Of a stretch of DNA of 64,000 nt, positions 22,569 through 32,199 are shown piece after piece. The translations under genes were made by a program, and so were the position numbers. Numbering within the stretch: position 1 is the stretch's first letter; each line of letters starts with the position of its first letter. Source of the stretch: an uncultured Anaerolineae bacterium (GTDB taxonomy: Bacteria; Chloroflexota; Anaerolineae; Aggregatilineales; Ch27). The notes beneath the pieces are model-generated. The model saw only the letters and a list, made by a program, of their open reading frames with translations, was not told the origin of the DNA and did not search any database. The stretch lies in contig CAZHMJ010000001.1 in the NCBI GenBank assembly GCA_964533805.1, positions 9,978 to 73,977 on the forward strand. Reading direction: 5' to 3'.

Positions 22569-23204
22569 TTATTCCTCCGAGGGTGCGAACGCTTCTGGCG
22601 GGACGGTGATCCCCGCGAAGTTCGCAAACGTCAGGTCAGTAAAGGTCAGGCCGAGCCGGGCGCGAACCCGGTCGAAAAGCTGGGCGTAGCTCTCCCGAAA
22701 GCGCGGGCAGGCCGTCAGCCCCAACGCCTCGATCGCCACCTCGATGGATTCCGGCGGACCTTCGATCTCCACGAACAGGCCGTAGGGCATCTCATCCAGG
22801 ACGACCTCGACCTCGCCCAGATCGTACGTGGTGCGATATTTCTCGTAGACCATCACAGGGCGATAGCCCAGCCGCTCCAGAATCAGAGCCATCGTGTCGA
22901 AATCATCGACCGTCACTTCAGCCTCGAAGCGCGTCGCCACCAGGTGACTCGTCACGACCTCCGCGGGCTGTTCCTTGTAGGTCAGCCGGTTCTGGCTATC
23001 CTGGCGCAGGCGCAGCACAACGCCCGCCGGGATCAGACTTCCGGCGGCATCGTCGTAGCGGATATTCCGTTCCAGAACGCGCGGCTTGCGCTGGACCGCG
23101 CCCAGATAGGCCAGCCGGCCTGTGATCGGGCGCAAATCGGGCACCAACAGCTTGGCTTCGATCTCCAGATAACGCGCTGCCTGCTCATTCGAGGCTTCGG
23201 ACAT
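22569..23204 (-). CDS. CYTH domain protein (class IV adenylyl cyclase / triphosphate tunnel metalloenzyme family)
   Basis: 211-aa ORF with N-terminal [10 protein letters not shown] (the ExExK motif of CYTH), followed by repeated beta-strand charge patterns. Confidence 0.75.
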   Translation of the reverse strand: MSEASNEQAARYLEIEAKLLVPDLRPITGRLAYLGAVQRKPRVLERNIRYDDAAGSLIPAGVVLRLRQDSQNRLTYKEQPAEVVTSHLVATRFEAEVTVDDFDTMALILERLGYRPVMVYEKYRTTYDLGEVEVVLDEMPYGLFVEIEGPPESIEVAIEALGLTACPRFRESYAQLFDRVRARLGLTFTDLTFANFAGITVPPEAFAPSEE

Positions 23205-23231
23205 CGTTTCTCCCGCCAGCCGGCGCTCCGG

Positions 23232-23930
23232 CTAGCGCCGCATCCCGGCCACGATCTCGCTGATCTGGGATTTCAGATCGACGAAGACCGGATAAACATC
23301 CCGGTTGGCGTCGACGACGCGGAACTTGAACCGGTCGGCCATCGCGTCAAACTGCTGGATGATGCTGGTCTGGTAAGTGATGTAGTTTTGGTACATATCC
23401 GTGCCAGCCAGGAAGTCAGAGCCGCTTTCCCAGTAATCGAACGCCCCCCGCGAGGCCAGGACGCGCGGCACGATCGAGTCCAGGTCGGCGCGCAGGTAAA
23501 AGATCGCATCCGGCACGATCGCGAAGCCGTAGACCGAGGTGATCCAGTCCGGATCGGCCCCGCGTGCCAGAGCGCGCGCAATCGGCGCGTAGATATAGCG
23601 GTCAGTCAGCATCACGAAGCCCGCCCGCAGCGCCGGGATGATTTCTTTCTCCAGCCGGTCCACAAAGTCGGTCGCGTAAAACAGGTCCATCGTCAGCGGG
23701 CTGAGGGTGTTGCCCTGCTTGGCCTTGTTGATGCCCTGCGCGGCCAGCGCCGAGCGTGCCAGACCGGTCTGCACCGCGCCATAGCCATTCTGCTCCAGCC
23801 ATTCGCGCAGCAGCGCCACCTGGGTAGAACGCCCCACGCCGTCGGTGCCTTCAATCACGATCAGCTTGCCGGGCAATTCGTCTTCGGGCATGCCGGGCAG
23901 CGGATAGCCATAGGTCTGCATCTTGGTCAT
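23232..23930 (-). CDS. thymidylate-kinase-family protein, atypical P-loop (GVGRST)
   Basis: 232-aa ORF. KLIVIEGTDGVGRSTQ has Arg (cgt) where the Walker-A Lys is expected. The DRY motif LTDRYIY is retained. Confidence 0.75.
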   Translation of the reverse strand: MTKMQTYGYPLPGMPEDELPGKLIVIEGTDGVGRSTQVALLREWLEQNGYGAVQTGLARSALAAQGINKAKQGNTLSPLTMDLFYATDFVDRLEKEIIPALRAGFVMLTDRYIYAPIARALARGADPDWITSVYGFAIVPDAIFYLRADLDSIVPRVLASRGAFDYWESGSDFLAGTDMYQNYITYQTSIIQQFDAMADRFKFRVVDANRDVYPVFVDLKSQISEIVAGMRR

Positions 23931-23942
23931 GCTGATCTCTCC

Positions 23943-24695
23943 TTAGGGATGGCTCATGCCGCCGGTCAGATAGCGCCCGTACAGCGACTCGCGACTGAGC
24001 GTCTCGCGCCAGGCAATGGGCTGGGTCTCCCGCACGCCCTCCAGGTGCGGCTCGACCACCTGCCGCACGAACTGCTGCTGGGCAACCAGGGTCTGGGTCG
24101 CGTCGACCACTTCCAGCCCAAATTCTCCCACCATCCGGTCATACTCGTTCAGAATCCGGCTTTGGAAAATCTTGAAGGATTCGTAGGGGTCGGAGGCAAA
24201 GCCCATGTCCAGACCGGCCTCGTAGTATTTCAGCTCCGGGCGGCCGGTCATGATCCGTTCCAGCGATTCGTCCAGCGGCACGCGGAAATAGAAGGACACG
24301 GTCGGGCGCACCGCGAAACTGTACAGCTTGCGAATCCAGGCCCGGTCGAGGCCGCGCGCCGAGTCGCGGGCGAAGGCCGTGTAGATGTAGCGGTCGGCCA
24401 GCACGATCGCGCCGGCCTTGAGCGCCGGGATGATCTGGCGCTCCATCCGGTCGGCCAGGTCGGCGGCGTGGATCAGGCTGAAGCTCATCGGCGTGAGCAA
24501 GCGATCCTTCTTGCCTTTTTTGGTCGTCGCGCGCACCACGGGGGAGGAGTTCCACTCCGTGAACACAACCACGTAACCCTCGCCCAACAGCCACTTATGA
24601 AGGATATCGAGTTGGGTGCTTTTGCCGCTCCCATCGATTCCTTCCACGATGAACATTTTACCGGGGAGCTGGGTCCCATCCGGCAGGGTTGCCAT
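23943..24695 (-). CDS. thymidylate-kinase-family protein (canonical P-loop)
   Basis: 250-aa ORF with KMFIVEGIDGSGKSTQ and LADRYIY. Paralogous to the gene 12 nt downstream. Confidence 0.75.
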   Translation of the reverse strand: MATLPDGTQLPGKMFIVEGIDGSGKSTQLDILHKWLLGEGYVVVFTEWNSSPVVRATTKKGKKDRLLTPMSFSLIHAADLADRMERQIIPALKAGAIVLADRYIYTAFARDSARGLDRAWIRKLYSFAVRPTVSFYFRVPLDESLERIMTGRPELKYYEAGLDMGFASDPYESFKIFQSRILNEYDRMVGEFGLEVVDATQTLVAQQQFVRQVVEPHLEGVRETQPIAWRETLSRESLYGRYLTGGMSHP

Positions 24696-24925
24696 AATGC
24701 CTCGATCCCTTCTTCCTCATCACCGGCAGACGATCCGCGAAACGGGTTGTATAGAGTAGTATACTCAGGCCTGGAGATAGAACATCTTCCAGTCGATTGT
24801 AGCGCAGGAGCACCGGCTTTGACCACGATCAACCCTTCCGAATGCATCACTTGCGCACCCTGAACGGCCGCGCGCCCGTCTCGACTGACGAACGGCGTGG
24901 CACTCTCCAAGCGAGGAGGTGGGTT

Positions 24926-25741
24926 GTGTATCCCAAGCGAATTCCCTGGCCGAGCCTGCTGCTCCTGATCGTGGGCAGTCTGGGCTGCAACCTGATCACT
25001 CCTCAGCCCACGGCGGGGCCAGCCCTGCCCGCGACCATCACCCCGCTATCGGCCGGCACGCCGCTCACCAGCCCGACGGCCACCCCCGGCCCCACGCCGG
25101 TCCTGCCGACCTGCGCGCCGGCCGGTTGGTTCGCCTACGTGGTCGCGGCGGGCGACACGCTGTATGACCTGGCCCTGACCACCGGCGCGAGCATCGACAC
25201 CCTGGTCGCGGCCAACTGCCTGACCAATGCCGACCAGATCGTGGAAGGCCAGGTGCTGGCCTTGCCCATTCCCCTGCCCAGCGGCGCGCAGCCGCCCGGT
25301 TACTACCTGATCGCCCCGGATGACAACGGCCAGTCCGGATTGGCCGTCGGCTGCGGCGATTCGGCCGTCTTCGTTACAACCGGCAGCCCGTCCAGCGGCG
25401 ACCCGGCCACCGACCTGCGCTTCGCCCTCGGAGCGATGCTGGCCTATCGAGCTTCTGCGTCAGGCAGCGGGCTGATCAACGCCTTTGAGGACAGTCCGCT
25501 GGCCGTCCAGAGCGTAACCCTCACTGGCGACCGCGCCGAGGTGGCTCTCTCAGGCAACCTGACGCTCGGCGGCGCCTGCGCCAATCCCAGGGTCGAGGCC
25601 CAGCTCCTCCTGACCATCTTCGAGCAGCCGGCAGTCAACAGCGCCTCGATCACAGTCGATGGACGGAACCTGAAACAAATACTGGATGCGAGCGGGCTGC
25701 AAGGCACAACTGCGGTCTATACCCGCGCCGACCTGCCTTGA
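24926..25741 (+). CDS. LysM plus GerMN-like domain lipoprotein
   Basis: GTG 24926 lies 6 nt after GAGGAGG. Lipobox-like LIVGSLGC. LysM motif YVVAAGDTLYDLALTTGASIDTLVAANCL. The C-terminal GerMN-like part ends ...SITVDGRNL. Confidence 0.65.
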   Translation: MYPKRIPWPSLLLLIVGSLGCNLITPQPTAGPALPATITPLSAGTPLTSPTATPGPTPVLPTCAPAGWFAYVVAAGDTLYDLALTTGASIDTLVAANCLTNADQIVEGQVLALPIPLPSGAQPPGYYLIAPDDNGQSGLAVGCGDSAVFVTTGSPSSGDPATDLRFALGAMLAYRASASGSGLINAFEDSPLAVQSVTLTGDRAEVALSGNLTLGGACANPRVEAQLLLTIFEQPAVNSASITVDGRNLKQILDASGLQGTTAVYTRADLP

Positions 25742-25871
25742 TGTCGGTACGACAGCCGGGCTGGTCAAAACGATCGGGCCGCGTGAGATATCTCACCCAG
25801 GGACGCCCGCGCCGGATCGTGGTACCATCCTCGCATTCAGGCGCTTTCGCTGGATATCAGGAGCAAGCCTT

Positions 25872-26948
25872 ATGATCAACAAACCCCGCCTGCGCGACCT
25901 GGGCATCTCCGTCGGGAGACTGCCCACCGGCCGCCATAACGCCATCACCGACGTGCCCGGCGTGCGGGTCGGACACACCACCGTGATCTTCGATACCCCC
26001 CAGGTGGCCCGCACCGGGGTGACGATCATCGCCCCGCGCGAGGGTCCGACTCGCGAAGATCACGTCTTCGCCGGGTACTACAGCTTCAACGGCTGCGGCG
26101 CGATGACCGGCCTGCTGTGGCTGGAGGAATCGGGCCAGCTCATCAGCGAGATCGCCCTGACCGGCACCTACACCGTGGGCACGGTCTACGATGCGCTGGT
26201 GCAGGCCACGACCGACGGCGGCTACGGGAGTTGGCTTCCCGTCGTCGGCGAGACCTACGATGGCTTCCTGAACCAAGCCGACTTCCATGTGACCCGCGCG
26301 CATGTCTTCGAAGCCCTGGCGAAGGCGAGCAGCGGCCCGGTGGCCGAGGGCAATGTCGGCGGCGGCACGGGGATGAAATGCCACGACTTCAAAGGTGGCA
26401 TCGGCACCGCGTCCCGCGTGGCGGAGACCCGCTTCGGCACCTACACGGTGGGTGCGCTGGTGCAGGCCAACCAGGGCGAGCGGGCCGATCTGGTAGTGGC
26501 GGGCGTCCCGGTTGGGCAGGAGATCGGCCCGGAGGTCGTCCCACTGGCCCAGCGCGGCCCCGAAGAACACGAGCCACAGTCCTCGATCCTCGTCATCCTG
26601 GCGACGGATGCCCCCCTGCTGCCCTTCCAGTGCAAGCGTCTGGCCCAGCGGGCCACCATCGGACTGGCTCGCACCGGCAGCTACGGCCATAACTGGAGCG
26701 GCGACATCTTCCTGGCCTTCACGGTTGGCAATCACCTCTGGCCGCACGCCTCGGCCCCGGACTGCGTCCAGATGCTGCCCAACGAACAGCTCGATCCGTT
26801 GTTCCTGGCGGCGGCCGAGGCGGTCGAGGAGTCGATCCTCAACGCCCTGTGCGCCGCCGAGACGATGACCGGCCAGCAAGGACGCATCATCCACGCCCTG
26901 CCCCACGACACGCTGGTGAGCGTCATGCGCAAATATGGGCGGTTGTAG
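25872..26948 (+). CDS. P1/S58 family peptidase (DmpA-like L-aminopeptidase/D-esterase)
   Basis: ATG 25872 with AGGAG upstream. Motifs NAITDVPGVRVGHTT and NVGGGTGMKCHDFKGGIGTAS. Confidence 0.85.
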   Translation: MINKPRLRDLGISVGRLPTGRHNAITDVPGVRVGHTTVIFDTPQVARTGVTIIAPREGPTREDHVFAGYYSFNGCGAMTGLLWLEESGQLISEIALTGTYTVGTVYDALVQATTDGGYGSWLPVVGETYDGFLNQADFHVTRAHVFEALAKASSGPVAEGNVGGGTGMKCHDFKGGIGTASRVAETRFGTYTVGALVQANQGERADLVVAGVPVGQEIGPEVVPLAQRGPEEHEPQSSILVILATDAPLLPFQCKRLAQRATIGLARTGSYGHNWSGDIFLAFTVGNHLWPHASAPDCVQMLPNEQLDPLFLAAAEAVEESILNALCAAETMTGQQGRIIHALPHDTLVSVMRKYGRL

Positions 26949-27008
26949 CTTTTCTTTGGAGTTGGAATGAGATATTGGCCTGCGGGCAGCGACCCAAAAC
27001 ACGGGCCG

Positions 27009-27482
27009 TCATTCGCGCTGGATGGGGCGTACCGCCAGGGGAAGCTGCGTTTTGATCGCTTCCCAAAACCAGCCATACACCCCATCGGCCAACTCCGGGG
27101 CCATGACCATGTCGTGCAGGAAACTGCCGGAGGCGCGCTCGATCAGCCACAGGTCAACCCCGAGGTAGGGCACGTCCGGCTGGTCGTCGCGCCGGTCGAA
27201 GCCCAGACGACGCATCGTGAGATCAAATTCCCGATACCGGTCAGGTTCCAGGGGATAATCAAACGCCGGTTGGGAGTTGGATCGGCGGTACACCACGCTG
27301 AGCCGGGCCGCGGTTGGCTGTCCATAGGACAGCGTCGCGACCTGGTCGGCATAGTGCCCGGCGTGATACTGGATCGTGATACGGTAGGCCTCGTTGATGC
27401 CCGGCTGGCGAACGACATCCCGCAGGTCCGGCAGCCCCAGGCGCATCGCCACGAAGCGCAGCGCATCGGCGCGGCGCAGCAT
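27009..27482 (-). CDS. hypothetical protein
   Basis: 157-aa ORF with plausible composition and no recognisable motif. Confidence 0.45.
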   Translation of the reverse strand: MLRRADALRFVAMRLGLPDLRDVVRQPGINEAYRITIQYHAGHYADQVATLSYGQPTAARLSVVYRRSNSQPAFDYPLEPDRYREFDLTMRRLGFDRRDDQPDVPYLGVDLWLIERASGSFLHDMVMAPELADGVYGWFWEAIKTQLPLAVRPIQRE

Positions 27483-27742
27483 AGGCGCACTCGTTTCTCA
27501 TGACTCGCTTGACTGCCTCCGATTGTACCCCGCGCCCTCTGCCGGGGCACGCCTCCACTCAGAGCAATCGAGCAGAGTGCTGGGGCAGCGTCAATCAGAA
27601 GGGCGAAGACCAGACGCCAGAAAACCGGGAGGACAGGGTGGATCGCGCCACTGGTGGAACCCATGAGACGATATATCGCAGTGACAGGTTATTTTCGCTT
27701 TTGGCCAAATGCTGATTACTGCCCGCGGTGAGGCATCCCCGG

Positions 27743-29590
27743 TCAAAGCTGCGCGATTGCCAGCGCCAGGGATCGGCGAAATTCCACGGAGAAGAATGCC
27801 TCCCATACCGCCGCCACCTGCTGGCGCGCCTCGGTGAGCCAGGCCTCCTGGACGCGGGCCAGGTCCGCCAGGGCGGGATCGATCTGGGGCTTCTTGCGCT
27901 TGCGCCCGTCGCTCCCGGCCTGGGTGTAGAAGGTCTCGCGCACAGCTTCGCCCAGGATCATGTCCCGGAGTTGCGATTCCAGGGGCTGTACAACCGCCAG
28001 CACCTCGCCCAGTTCTTCGCCCAGCAGGCTGCTCATAAACTGCAGGAGGTGATGGAAGCTCGCAATCGCGCGCCACTGGCTCTCGAGATCCAGGGTCGTG
28101 ACATCCATATCCCGCAGCGCGTTGAACTCCGACCAGAACATGAGGGCGGCCTGCCGCCCGATCCGGGCTTCCGCCGCCTCGCCGGGGAATACCCCCAACC
28201 CTGGCTGGCGAGCGAAGGCCATCAGGTCGGTCAGGAACTGGCGATAGCGCCGCCCCGACAGATCGCGCGCCAGTTCATCGAAAGCAGCCTCGGCCTGCGC
28301 CCGGCGCGCCTGGGCGGCCGCCCGAAACTCCTCCGCCAGGACGGGGTCCACAGGTGCATTGTCCGCCGAGCGAACCAGAATCGCCGCCGCCTGCCGGGTG
28401 AGCGCTTCGGTCGCATGGTTGGTCAGCCAGCGCGCCGTTTTCTTGAAATCGCCCACGACGGACGCATCGTAATACCGTCCAAAGAGCTTCAGGACGGCGT
28501 GCAGCCGGCTCGCATCGCGATCGAACAGGGCCAGCGAATCCCAGTGACCGTCCCGGAGCTGTTCGGCGTGCTGCTCCACCAGGGTCATATAGTGGCCCAT
28601 CAGAATGCGTCCGGCCTCAGGCAGGGTCAAATCCGGCTCCAGGCGGGCGCGCACCATATCCGCGCGCACCGCGTCCATCGGATAGCGCTCCCAGACCTGG
28701 ACCGCCATCTCGTACTGGTTCTCCCAAAGATCGGACAGTTTCTCCGCGCGAGCCGCGTTGAGGTCCGAGTCAGCCCCTTCGATCACGATCAGGACCTGGC
28801 TTTCGTTAAGCCGGATTTCGCCGATCGTGGTCGTCTGGGTCTGGCTGAAGTCCAATCCATCCGCGATCCGCAGGATCGCGGACAGGCCCAGCACCTCGCG
28901 CTGCTGCCGGCCATCCAGATCGGCAAACAGCGGCTCGCGATCCGGACGAACCTTTTTGCGGTGGAACGCGGTCAGCAGAGCCAGCATGCGCTGCTCGTCG
29001 ATCGAGAATCCCTGGATCGGGTGCTTCAGGATGATGTCCCGGCCGATCTCGTGGTGATTATCCGGGCTAAGCTCGTAAGCGACGTTGTGAACCAGGGCGG
29101 CGGCTTCGAGCACGTCCTTGAGCCGGGTCGGGAAGCAATGCGCAGGCAGCAGGGCATCGAACAACTGCCCGGCGAGCCGGGCCACATGCCCGGCGTGGGC
29201 CAGGTCGACGCTGTAGCGCCGGCACAAGTCTTCCAGACTGACCGGTCCGGCCGTGTTTTGTCCGGCACCGGCATCCTTCGGCGGCATGTCCTCGGCCAGC
29301 GCCTCAAGCACCTGGGTGACGATGGCACTGCCCGGCGGCGCCTTCTGCGCCTCGCCAAACAGAGCCAGCCCGACCTTATAGTAGCGCCGCAGCCAGTAGC
29401 GCACCCCGGAATGGCTCAATCCCACGTTCGCGCCTATGGTTCGAAAGGCCATCCCCTGCCCGGCCAGCAGCACGATCCGGGCCGGACGGCGCAAGCGCGC
29501 CGGACCCGCCTGGGCGACATTTTCTAGCCGATGAATTTCCTGGGACGAAAGAGAAGGAAAGAGGTATGATCGCCGCTTGCTGCCAGTCAT
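27743..29590 (-). CDS. IS630-type HTH plus Ppx/GppA-C-terminal-like HD domain plus CHAD domain protein
   Basis: N-terminus LRRPARIVLLAGQGMAFRTIGANVGLSHSGVRYWLRRY (HTH). Middle LEAAALVHNVAYELSPDNHHEIGRDIILKHPIQGFSIDEQRMLALLTAFHRKK (HD-like). C-terminal CHAD-like helical repeats. ATG 29590 is preceded by GGAG; the ORF-track start is 29620. Confidence 0.75.
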   Translation of the reverse strand: MTGSKRRSYLFPSLSSQEIHRLENVAQAGPARLRRPARIVLLAGQGMAFRTIGANVGLSHSGVRYWLRRYYKVGLALFGEAQKAPPGSAIVTQVLEALAEDMPPKDAGAGQNTAGPVSLEDLCRRYSVDLAHAGHVARLAGQLFDALLPAHCFPTRLKDVLEAAALVHNVAYELSPDNHHEIGRDIILKHPIQGFSIDEQRMLALLTAFHRKKVRPDREPLFADLDGRQQREVLGLSAILRIADGLDFSQTQTTTIGEIRLNESQVLIVIEGADSDLNAARAEKLSDLWENQYEMAVQVWERYPMDAVRADMVRARLEPDLTLPEAGRILMGHYMTLVEQHAEQLRDGHWDSLALFDRDASRLHAVLKLFGRYYDASVVGDFKKTARWLTNHATEALTRQAAAILVRSADNAPVDPVLAEEFRAAAQARRAQAEAAFDELARDLSGRRYRQFLTDLMAFARQPGLGVFPGEAAEARIGRQAALMFWSEFNALRDMDVTTLDLESQWRAIASFHHLLQFMSSLLGEELGEVLAVVQPLESQLRDMILGEAVRETFYTQAGSDGRKRKKPQIDPALADLARVQEAWLTEARQQVAAVWEAFFSVEFRRSLALAIAQL

Positions 29591-29774
29591 CGGAGAACTC
29601 CTGATGGACGGGTGCCGCAAACTTGGGACTGCACTGAATCACAAAGTGCCGCTATCGCTTACTGATAAGTATAGTCCAAGTTGCCAAAAGATCGAACTCC
29701 CTAAGCTGTGCAGTCTGAACTCACGTCTGTCCGGTCAAATACTGTAGAATGGGATATTCGCCCAGGGGGAAACC

Positions 29775-30179
29775 ATGCCCACACGGATCAATCACGTCGC
29801 CATCGTCGTCGAAGACCTGCCCACGGCCCTGCACTTCTGGCAGGAGGCCCTGGGACTCGACCTCCAGCGCACCGAGGATAACGCCACCGAAGCGGTGCGG
29901 ATCGCCTTCCTGCCGCTGGGAGAGAGTGAGATCGAGCTGCTGGAGCCGACCACGCCAGAGAGCGGCATCGCCAAGTACCTGGCCAAGCGCGGCCCCGGCA
30001 TGCATCACGTCTGCCTCCAGGTCGACGACATCGAGGCGGCCATGCAGCGCCTGCGCGACCACCAGATCGAGCTGATCAACGAGACACCGCGCACTCGCGA
30101 GGATGGCACGCGCTATGCGTTCGTGCACCCCAGGAGCGCGGGCGGGGTCATGGTCGAGCTGTACGAGCTGCCGGCCTGA
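29775..30179 (+). CDS. mce: methylmalonyl-CoA epimerase (VOC family)
   Basis: 134-aa ORF. INHVAIVVEDL...IELLEP...GPGMHHVCLQVDDI...GVMVELYE is typical of the epimerase. Confidence 0.88.
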   Translation: MPTRINHVAIVVEDLPTALHFWQEALGLDLQRTEDNATEAVRIAFLPLGESEIELLEPTTPESGIAKYLAKRGPGMHHVCLQVDDIEAAMQRLRDHQIELINETPRTREDGTRYAFVHPRSAGGVMVELYELPA

Positions 30180-30221
30180 TTTTCATCGCCGCCTGACTGG
30201 CCCCCGGAAAGGAACCGCGCC

Positions 30222-30601
30222 ATGCCACCCGATACCGTCACACTGTGGGGCTGCCGCCGGGGGCCAAAGTTTTCGTCCACTGCTCGCTCAGCAGTCTCGG
30301 CCATGTCGAAGGCGGCGCGGAGGCCGTCATCGACGCGCTGCTGGACTCGGTGGGCACGCCGGGCACCGTCCTGGTCCCCACCCTGAACGGCAGCGAGGCG
30401 CTTTCCCCACGGAACCCGCCGGAATTCGATCCCAAACGCACGCCCTGCTGGACCGGCCGCATCCCGGAGACGTTCCGCCGGAGGCCGGAAGCAGTACGCA
30501 GCCTGCATCCCACCCATTCAGTAGCGGCGATCGGGCTGGGCGCGGTCGCCCTGACCACCCAATGCCTGCGCGCCGATCCGGGGATTCTGTGCGCCTCGTG
30601 A
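30222..30601 (+). pseudogene. truncated or frameshifted aminoglycoside N3-acetyltransferase-family (AAC(3)/YokD-like) gene remnant
   Basis: Frame from 30245: GLPPGAKVFVHCSLSSLGHVEGGAEAVIDALLDSVGTPGTVLVPT...RSLHPTHSVAAIG matches the N-terminal half of the AAC(3) family, then stops at 118 aa (full length is about 260). The plausible ATG at 30222 is in a different frame. No C-terminal half appears in any frame before the next gene. Confidence 0.6.
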
Positions 30602-30766
30602 GGGGATGGCTTTCCAATTACTTTCTTGACTACACGAAAACACTGAACTGGCGGCACCCATGCGGCTTCTTCGACACACCTCTTGAATGCGCCGCCCATC
30701 TGGCGTAACATGGAGGGCTATCTTGACTCATGCCCGATTCTTCATCACCACTGGACTCATCACCTT

Positions 30767-31675
30767 ATGAACAACCTTCCCTTCGACAAGCCTGGCCGCT
30801 TTTACCGTGGCAACCTGCACACCCACTCCACCCGCTCCGACGGTGACCTATCGCCCGAAGCCGTGTGCGCGTACTACCGCGAAGCCGGATACGACTTCCT
30901 GGCGCTGACCGACCACTACATGCAGCGCTTCGGCTTCCCGGTGACGGACACACGCCCCTACCGCACGCCGGACTTCACCACCATCCTGGGCGCGGAGCTG
31001 CATGCTGAAGCAACTGAATTCGGCGAGCTGTGGCACCTGCTGGCCGTCGGCCTTCCGGAGGACTTCACCCCGCCCCAGCCGAAGGAAAGCGGTCCGGCCC
31101 TGGCCGCCCGCGCCGTCGCCGCCGGGGCCTACGTCGCGGTCGCCCACCCCGCCTGGCATGGCATGACCGAAGCCGACGTCCTTTCAATCACCAGCGCCCA
31201 TGCCATCGAAATCTTCAACGGCGTCTCGGTCGATCACAACGACCGGGCGGACAGCATGTATATGCTCGACCTGGTACTGACTCGTGGGCGGCGCGTCTTC
31301 GCCTGCGCGACCGATGACGCCCACTTCGACTCCAAATTCAACGACACCCTGCGCGGCTGGGTTCACGTCAAAGCCGAAACCCTGGACCCGGACGCGCTGC
31401 TGGCCGCCCTCAAGGCAGGCGCTTATTATTCCAGCACCGGCCCAGCGATCCACCATATCCAGGTCATCCCGGGCGAGGAAGTCACCGTCCGCTGCTCCCC
31501 GGCGGAGCGCATCTTCCTGACCGGGCGCACGTGGCAGTCCACCTTCGTCCACGGCCCCGGCATCACCGAAGCCCACCTGAGCCTGAAGAACTTCACCAGC
31601 CCGTATGGGATCGTCACCGTGCGCGACGCCCACGGCAACCGGGCCTGGACGAACCCGTTCTGGTTCACGGACTGA
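30767..31675 (+). CDS. PHP-domain metallohydrolase (CehA/McbA-like)
   Basis: ATG 30767. FYRGNLHTHSTRSDGDLSPE, ALTDH and AHPAWHG are PHP-type metal ligand motifs. Confidence 0.75.
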   Translation: MNNLPFDKPGRFYRGNLHTHSTRSDGDLSPEAVCAYYREAGYDFLALTDHYMQRFGFPVTDTRPYRTPDFTTILGAELHAEATEFGELWHLLAVGLPEDFTPPQPKESGPALAARAVAAGAYVAVAHPAWHGMTEADVLSITSAHAIEIFNGVSVDHNDRADSMYMLDLVLTRGRRVFACATDDAHFDSKFNDTLRGWVHVKAETLDPDALLAALKAGAYYSSTGPAIHHIQVIPGEEVTVRCSPAERIFLTGRTWQSTFVHGPGITEAHLSLKNFTSPYGIVTVRDAHGNRAWTNPFWFTD

Positions 31676-31757
31676 TTCCGCCGCGCAACCCTTTCAGGAT
31701 GAACTACGTACAGTTTGTGCAGAGACTGTCGCGCGAGAAAATGCCTGGAGGCACGGA

Positions 31758-32174
31758 ATGCAAGAACGGGAACACAAAAGCGAGGTCCAATACGCCATCT
31801 GGATCGGGACCGGGGCGATTTGTTTTGGCATGGGAATCTACGGCGCGGCATCCAACGCCGATGTAGGCCCATTCTTTCTGGTGGCGATGATCATTGCCGC
31901 CGTGACGTCCATGACCTACATGCTGCTACCCGTCCTGGCCGCGCGCCGGCTCGAAGCGCCCGCCGTGGAAAAGAACAAGCGCGGCGGCGACGACCGGCTC
32001 GCGACCCTACTGGCTCTGATGGACGAGGACGAGCGCCAGGCGTTCAAGGAAACCCTCAAGCAGCGCATGCTGGATAGTCTCACCCAGCCCGCAACCGATG
32101 GCGAGCTGCCCTATGACTCGGACACACTGGAGACTCTGCTCCAGGAACAGCCCTCCCGGCGCAGCCTGAGCTGA
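31758..32174 (+). CDS. small membrane protein with acidic C-terminal tail (hypothetical)
   Basis: ATG 31758 after GGAGG. Two TM helices (AIWIGTGAICFGMGIYGAA; FFLVAMIIAAVTSMTYMLLPVLAA), then DDRLATLLALMDEDERQAFKE. Confidence 0.55.
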   Translation: MQEREHKSEVQYAIWIGTGAICFGMGIYGAASNADVGPFFLVAMIIAAVTSMTYMLLPVLAARRLEAPAVEKNKRGGDDRLATLLALMDEDERQAFKETLKQRMLDSLTQPATDGELPYDSDTLETLLQEQPSRRSLS

Positions 32175-32199
32175 CGTGCGCCCCAGAAACGAGGTTTCC

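Noticed and set aside
24758-24765. Palindrome AGTATACT in the divergent region between the Tmk-like operon and the LysM gene, a possible dual -10 or operator
   Set aside because: It reads as TATACT on both strands, but I could not pair it with convincing -35 elements at proper spacing on either strand. Too little evidence to call.
27483-27742. 260-nt gene-free stretch examined for a tRNA, SRP RNA, 6S RNA or other ncRNA
   Set aside because: No T-loop (GTTCRANYC) with matching acceptor stem, no SRP or RNase P signature strings, and no convincing extended helices. It probably holds only promoter and terminator DNA for the flanking minus-strand genes.
30103-30708. 201-aa ORF overlapping the AAC(3) remnant
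   Set aside because: Pro/Arg/Gly/Ala-rich translation without motifs, in a different frame from the clearly homologous AAC(3)-like frame. Considered spurious.
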